Shown in pieces: positions 59,365 through 64,000 of a DNA stretch of 64,000 nucleotides (the first letter of the stretch is position 1; each line of letters opens with the position of its first letter). This DNA is from Gammaproteobacteria bacterium AqS3. GTDB taxonomy: Bacteria; Pseudomonadota; Gammaproteobacteria; MEIF01; AqS3. The notes beneath the pieces were generated by a model. The model saw only the letters and a list, made by a program, of their open reading frames with translations, did not search any database and was not told where the DNA came from. The stretch lies in the NCBI GenBank assembly GCA_001750645.1, contig MEIF01000228.1, positions 79,322 through 143,321 on the forward strand. Reading direction: 5' to 3'. Both the position numbers and the translations under genes were made by a program.

Positions 59365-62146
59365 TTGATGAATCTGTCGTGGAATGAGATTCGCCATCGG
59401 GCAGGAAAATTTTCCGATGACTGGAGAGATGCGCATTATGAAAAAGGCGAGACTCAGAGTTTTTATAACGATTTCTTTCAGATTTTTGGACTGCAGAGAA
59501 GAAGTGTCGCCCGCTATGAGCAGCATGTCCAAAAATTAGGCGACCAGGCCGGCTTTATTGATCTGTTTTGGCCTGGCACACTGCTGGTTGAGCAAAAGAG
59601 CGCCGGTCGCAATCTTGAAAAAGCCAGGGAACAGGCGGGAGAATATTTTGACGGATTGCCCGACCACCAGCGCCCCCGCTACATTCTTTTGAGCGATTTC
59701 CAGACTTTTGAATTGCATGATTTGGAGGAGAAATCTGGAAATATCTGTTTTGAGCTTGCAAATCTGCACGAACATGTCGAGAAATTCAGCTTTATGATCG
59801 GGATTCAGCGCAGGGTTTTTCGCGATCAGGATCCGGTCAATATTTATGCAGCCGAGCAGGTCGGCAGACTCTATGACGCCCTCAAGCATGCGGGCCATGC
59901 CGAATATGACCTGGAGCGATTTTTGGTGCGCATTGTGTTCTGTCTTTTCGCCGACAACACCGGCATTTTTGAGTCCAGGCACAGCCTGCTTGACTTTATC
60001 GAAACGAGGACCCGGGAGGACGGCTCTGATCTGGGACAGCAATTGGCGCAATTATTCGAGGTCCTGGACACGCCCCCAGACAAGAGGGCCGGCACTCTGG
60101 ATGAAGATTTGGCTAAATTTCCCTATGTTAACGGAGAGCTTTTTAGGGATCATTTGAGAATATTTTCCTTTGATTCAAGAATGCGCAAAATGCTGCTGGA
60201 GGTCTGCCATTTCAATTGGTCCAACATATCGCCGGCCATATTCGGGGCACTGTTCCAATCGGTGATGGATCCGGAGATGCGCCGCACGCAGGGAACTCAT
60301 TACACGACCGAGCAGAATATTCTGAAGGTGATCGAGCCGCTGTTCATGGATGATTTGCGGGCGGAGTTTCAAAGGCTGAAGTCTCTTCGCAGGGGGCGCA
60401 TTCGGGCTCTCAGGCATTTTCAGAAAAAATTGGGGACCATGAAATTTCTGGACCCCGCATGCGGCTGCGGCAACTTTCTCATCATCGCCTATCGGGAATT
60501 GCGCCAGCTGGAAATTGAGGTGCTCAGAGAGATCTATCCCAAAGCCCAGGGTGTCCGGCAGTCGGCGTTATCCGTGCAGATTTTGTCGCTGATCGACGTC
60601 GACCAGTTCTACGGAATTGAAATCGGGAAATTCCCTGTTCGCGTTGCCGAAACGGCGCTGTGGATGATGGACCACATCATGAACAACAAGCTCAGCATTG
60701 AATTTAGCAAGAACTATGCGCGCATCCCGCTTGAGAAATCACCCTCTATTTTTCAGGGCGATGCGCTGGAAAATGATTGGGCTGATGTGCTCCCTCCCAA
60801 AGAGTGCTCCTTTGTATTGGGCAACCCCCCTTTTGCCGGATCAAAGCTTCAATCCGCCGAGCAGCGGATTCAGGTGCGTCAGATTGCAAGGGGGGGGAAC
60901 GCTCGATTACGTCTCGGCCTGGTTTGTTAAGGCTGGCGAGTACATAAAACGCTGCAATGCTCGAATGGGCTTTGTTGCGACCAATTCGATCACTCAGGGC
61001 GAGCAGGTGGCGCAATTGTGGCCAATCCTTTTCGATAGATGCAAACTGGAAATTAGCTTTGCGCATCGCACTTTTGCCTGGGGCTCGGACGCGCGCGGCA
61101 AGGCAAATGTGCATGTCGTGATTTTGGGCTTGGACAACTGTGAGAAAGCGCCAAAGGAAAAACGCCTGTTTAACTATCCCGATATTCGCGGCCAACCGGA
61201 AGAGAGCAGCCCCAAGGCGATATCGCCTTATTTATTTGATGCCGGTGATTTGTCTGATCCGCACACCGTGATCACAGAGGAAAGCCAGTCGATCAATGGA
61301 ATGAGCAAATTGGTTATGGGCTCCAAGCCCATCGATGGTGGGCACTATATTTTCAGCGAGACAAAACGTGACAACTTTCTCAAACTGGAACCGGGAGCAG
61401 AAACATTTCTCCGCCCCTATATCGGCGCTCGGGAATTTTTGCAGGGAGAGAAACGATGGATTTTGTCCCTGCATAACGCCTCTCCGGAACAATTGGCGCA
61501 CCTGCCGAATGTGAAAAAAAGAATCGCTCGGGTTCGCGCTTATCGAGAAGCGAGCAGAAGTTCACCAACGCGGAATTTGGCGGAAACGCCGAGGCTTTAT
61601 CACCTCAATGTGATTCCTGAAAAACCTTTTCTATTTATCCCAAGAGTAAGTTCACAGCGTCGCGAATACCTTCCCATTGGCTGGCTGGAGCCTCCTATCA
61701 TTCCCAGTGATGCGGCGCTTATTTTGGAAAATGCCACGCTGACTGACTTTGCCCTGCTGATCTCTGCAATGCATAACGCATGGCTGCGTCAGATAGGCGG
61801 TCGTCTGAAAAGCGACTATCGCTACTCGGCGGGTTCTGTTTACAACACCTTTCCGATGCCGCCTGCGACGGCAAAACTTGAAAAACTGGAGCCCCTGGCT
61901 CAGGCGGTGCTGGATGCCCGAGCCGCTCATTCAGGCTCAACGCCGGCCAATCTATATGATCCTGACCTGATGCCCGGTGACCTGCACCAAGCCCATAAGA
62001 ATCTGGACCGGGCCGTTGACCGCCTCTACCGCCGCGGCGGGTTTGCATCGGAGCACGAGCGCATCGGTCATTTGTTTGAGCGCTATGAAAAAGTGCGCAG
62101 TCCGCTGGAGGCGGGGAAGCGCAAAACAAGGCGTCGCCGTCGTTGA
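59365..62146 (+). pseudogene. MmeI-family type IIL restriction-modification enzyme (nuclease + gamma-class N6A methyltransferase + TRD in one ~925-aa polypeptide), interrupted by a frameshift at a G8 tract
   Basis: N-terminal D-X9-E-X-K nuclease motif (IDLFWPGTLLVEQK). Motif I DPACGCGNFL. Motif IV LGNPPFAGS. Downstream frame continues TLDYVSAWFVKAG ... C-terminal LFERYEKV. Reading frame 1 switches to frame 2 across gggggggg at 60910-60917. Confidence 0.75.
60910..60917 (+). repeat. Homopolymeric G8 tract inside the MmeI-like gene; 7 or 10 G would restore the frame
   Basis: Sequence ttgcaa-gggggggg-aacgc. Frame analysis done by hand. Confidence 0.85.
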
Positions 62147-62241
62147 ATTCGGGACGATCGCCAAGCCGGGCAGAAGGGATTCACACCGCTCGGAAAATCG
62201 CCGTCGGGATTTTCGATTGATTGGCGGCGCCTCAAGCCGGC

Positions 62242-63177
62242 CTAGGAGCCGGGTTTCCTTCCGGAGGCCAGGTCTTCCTGCAACAGTTTCGTGTATCTTT
62301 TGTTCGGCTTTTGGTATTTGTCGCGCAGACGCTTAATGAGGGTGTCCTGACGCCGCCGAATGTACTTGATCTTGGTGGCGAATTCGGCGCTGTAAATGTA
62401 AGGAACAGTCCGGGTTCTTGGCTTTGGGTCAGTCAGCAGGTTTGGAAAGTAGCTGCTCATCTTGTCGCCATTTTTGCGGTCCTCGGATGGCTCCTGCTTA
62501 TCTGGGGATTCAGATGAATTGAAGCCCCAGTCCTCATCCTTCCAAAGCGGGGGAATTTCCTTGAAATAGGGCTCAATGTGGTGCGCCTTGATCGGGGAGG
62601 GTGTTTTGGCCAGCTCCTCGACTTTTTCGAGGTCGTAGTTGCCGGGTCCCTTGCGGAGTTCCCGCTTGATTCGCCGCCAGGCCTTCGGGTTGATCCAGGT
62701 TTCATCAATGTCCTCGGGCCCCAGATACTTGGCCCGCTCCAGGGTGTAGGTGACGGTCACGCCGGTCTTTGAGCAGGTCAGTTCCGATTCCTGATTGGGA
62801 TAGATGTCCAGATCCTTCCCTTTCAGCCCCTGCCACAGCGCCAGATAGTTGAGCGAGCCGTAGATTTTGTTTGACTGTTCTTTGCTCACGCGACCGAGTT
62901 TTTTTCTCGCCCCGGGTTTTTCGGCGGGCGGTTTTTTCTTTGGCGGCGGCTTTTGGGGATCAATGCCGCCCTTCCAGGCCAGCATCGGCAGTTCTCCCCG
63001 CTCGACCTGCCTGGCCAGGTCCGGACTCTTTGTGCGCAGCGAGCGACCGATTTCCCAGCAGGAGATGATCCCGAGATCCTCTCCGTACCAGCGTTCGTGC
63101 CATGACGAATATTGAGTTCGGGGTTCGTCAAACGAGCGAGACAGGTGCAAGTCCCTGCTAGGCGGCCTTTTGGGCAT
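62242..63177 (-). CDS. Hypothetical K/R-rich protein of unknown function
   Basis: ATG 63177 preceded by AGGAGGGAG RBS. 311 aa with PKKKPPAEKPGARKK basic stretch. No recognisable catalytic motif. Confidence 0.35.
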   Translation of the reverse strand: MPKRPPSRDLHLSRSFDEPRTQYSSWHERWYGEDLGIISCWEIGRSLRTKSPDLARQVERGELPMLAWKGGIDPQKPPPKKKPPAEKPGARKKLGRVSKEQSNKIYGSLNYLALWQGLKGKDLDIYPNQESELTCSKTGVTVTYTLERAKYLGPEDIDETWINPKAWRRIKRELRKGPGNYDLEKVEELAKTPSPIKAHHIEPYFKEIPPLWKDEDWGFNSSESPDKQEPSEDRKNGDKMSSYFPNLLTDPKPRTRTVPYIYSAEFATKIKYIRRRQDTLIKRLRDKYQKPNKRYTKLLQEDLASGRKPGS

Positions 63178-63318
63178 GGTTTCTACTCCCTCCTGTTTCC
63201 TCTCTGGCTGACAGCAAGCCGGGCAGAACAAAATCATACCAGCAGTCGAATCAGAGGGCTCAATCAGCCGGCGGGTTGAGCGATTGGGCAGACTGAGGAT
63301 GCGGGCGGGCCGCTCAAA

Positions 63319-64000
63319 TCAGGTCACCGAGCCGGAGGCGAACAGCTCGTCGATCTCCTCTGCGGCAAAGCCGGCCTCCTGAAGCACTCGGCGCGAATGC
63401 GCCCCGGGCGCGGCGAGGTCCTCGCGCAGACGGGTGCGGCGTCCGTCGATCTCCAGCGGCAGGCCGGGCAGCCTGGTCTTGGTGTCGCTGTCCGGCAGCG
63501 TGACCTCGACCAGTCCGCCGCTGTTGAGATGCTCGTCCTCAAACAGTTCGCTGGGTCTGGCGATCGGCGCAAACGGCAGGCCGATGCGTTCAATGCGTTC
63601 GATCGCAGCGGTGCGGGTCATGCCGGCGAACAGCGCGCGGACTTCGTCGAGCAGCCAGCCTCGGGCGGCGACCCGGTCGTTGTTCTCGGCCAGCCGGGCG
63701 TCGCCCAGCCAGTCGTCGCGACCGAATTCCCGGCAGAAGGCCTGCCACTGGGCATTGCTGACGACGGCGACAAACAGCGGCAGCGCATCGGCGCACTGGA
63801 ATACGTCGTAGATCGCCCAGGCCGGGGCGCGCTCGGGCATTGGCGGGGCGGGCTCGCCGGTGACGGCCTCCTGCGCCATGTGCTGCCCGACCAAAAACGC
63901 GGTCGATTCGAACAGCCCGCTGGACAGGTGCTGCCCCTGGCCGGTGCGCCTGCGCTCGTGCAGCGCCGCCAAAATCCCCAGGGCGCCGAAGGTTCCGCCG
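63319..64000 (-). CDS. CoA-transferase family III (CaiB/BaiF-like), C-terminal part; N-terminus beyond the window
   Basis: C-terminal domain pattern of family III CoA-transferases (GLPFAPI, LPGLPLEIDG). ORF open to the window edge. Confidence 0.6.
   Translation of the reverse strand, partial: GGTFGALGILAALHERRRTGQGQHLSSGLFESTAFLVGQHMAQEAVTGEPAPPMPERAPAWAIYDVFQCADALPLFVAVVSNAQWQAFCREFGRDDWLGDARLAENNDRVAARGWLLDEVRALFAGMTRTAAIERIERIGLPFAPIARPSELFEDEHLNSGGLVEVTLPDSDTKTRLPGLPLEIDGRRTRLREDLAAPGAHSRRVLQEAGFAAEEIDELFASGSVT

Noticed and set aside
60698-60909. 5' part of the 482-aa ORF (frame 2) upstream of the G8 tract
   Set aside because: That frame is non-coding upstream of the tract. The product before 60910 is encoded in frame 1 (NPPF motif). 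The two ORFs are one frameshifted gene.
1-64000. CRISPR arrays, IS elements, integrases, prophage structural genes
   Set aside because: Scanned for short regularly spaced repeats and transposase/integrase-like ORFs in all low-GC blocks. None found.

Overview
High-GC (~65%) chromosomal segment with gammaproteobacterial-type gene order, punctuated by five lower-GC insertions. The native backbone carries pstC-pstA-pstB-phoU, ribE, hppA, bamD divergent from rluD-pgeF, clpB, hemB, trxA-rho, tRNA-Arg(CCG), dsbA, cyt c4, engB, trmJ divergent from suhB, queA-tgt-yajC-secD-secF, hupB-ppiD, nrdB and xseA. The insertions are: (i) a ~43% GC pyrE-like gene with a duplicated 5' end (4.9-6.1 kb); (ii) a ~36% GC Gabija-like pair (OLD-family ATPase/TOPRIM + UvrD-like helicase) between carbonic anhydrase and clpB (15.1-19.1 kb); (iii) a second, paralogous Gabija-like pair abutting the 3' end of tRNA-Arg (29.6-34.0 kb); (iv) a ubiquitin-like conjugation cassette (tandem beta-grasp protein, E2-like, JAB fused to E1) with a convergent DUF2971-like gene (50.6-54.1 kb); (v) an MmeI-family type IIL restriction-modification gene broken by a G8 homopolymer frameshift, plus a K/R-rich unknown protein (59.2-63.3 kb). 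Between (iv) and (v) sits a native, translationally coupled six-gene operon (HAD, UbiA, GtrA, DprE1-like, DprE2-like, polytopic membrane protein) that mirrors the mycobacterial decaprenyl-phospho-arabinose pathway. The most interesting candidate is the JAB-E1 / E2 / tandem-Ubl cassette with its DUF2971-like partner. All calls rest on reading the translations and motifs by eye; no database search was possible, and coordinates of alternative starts may be off by a codon.
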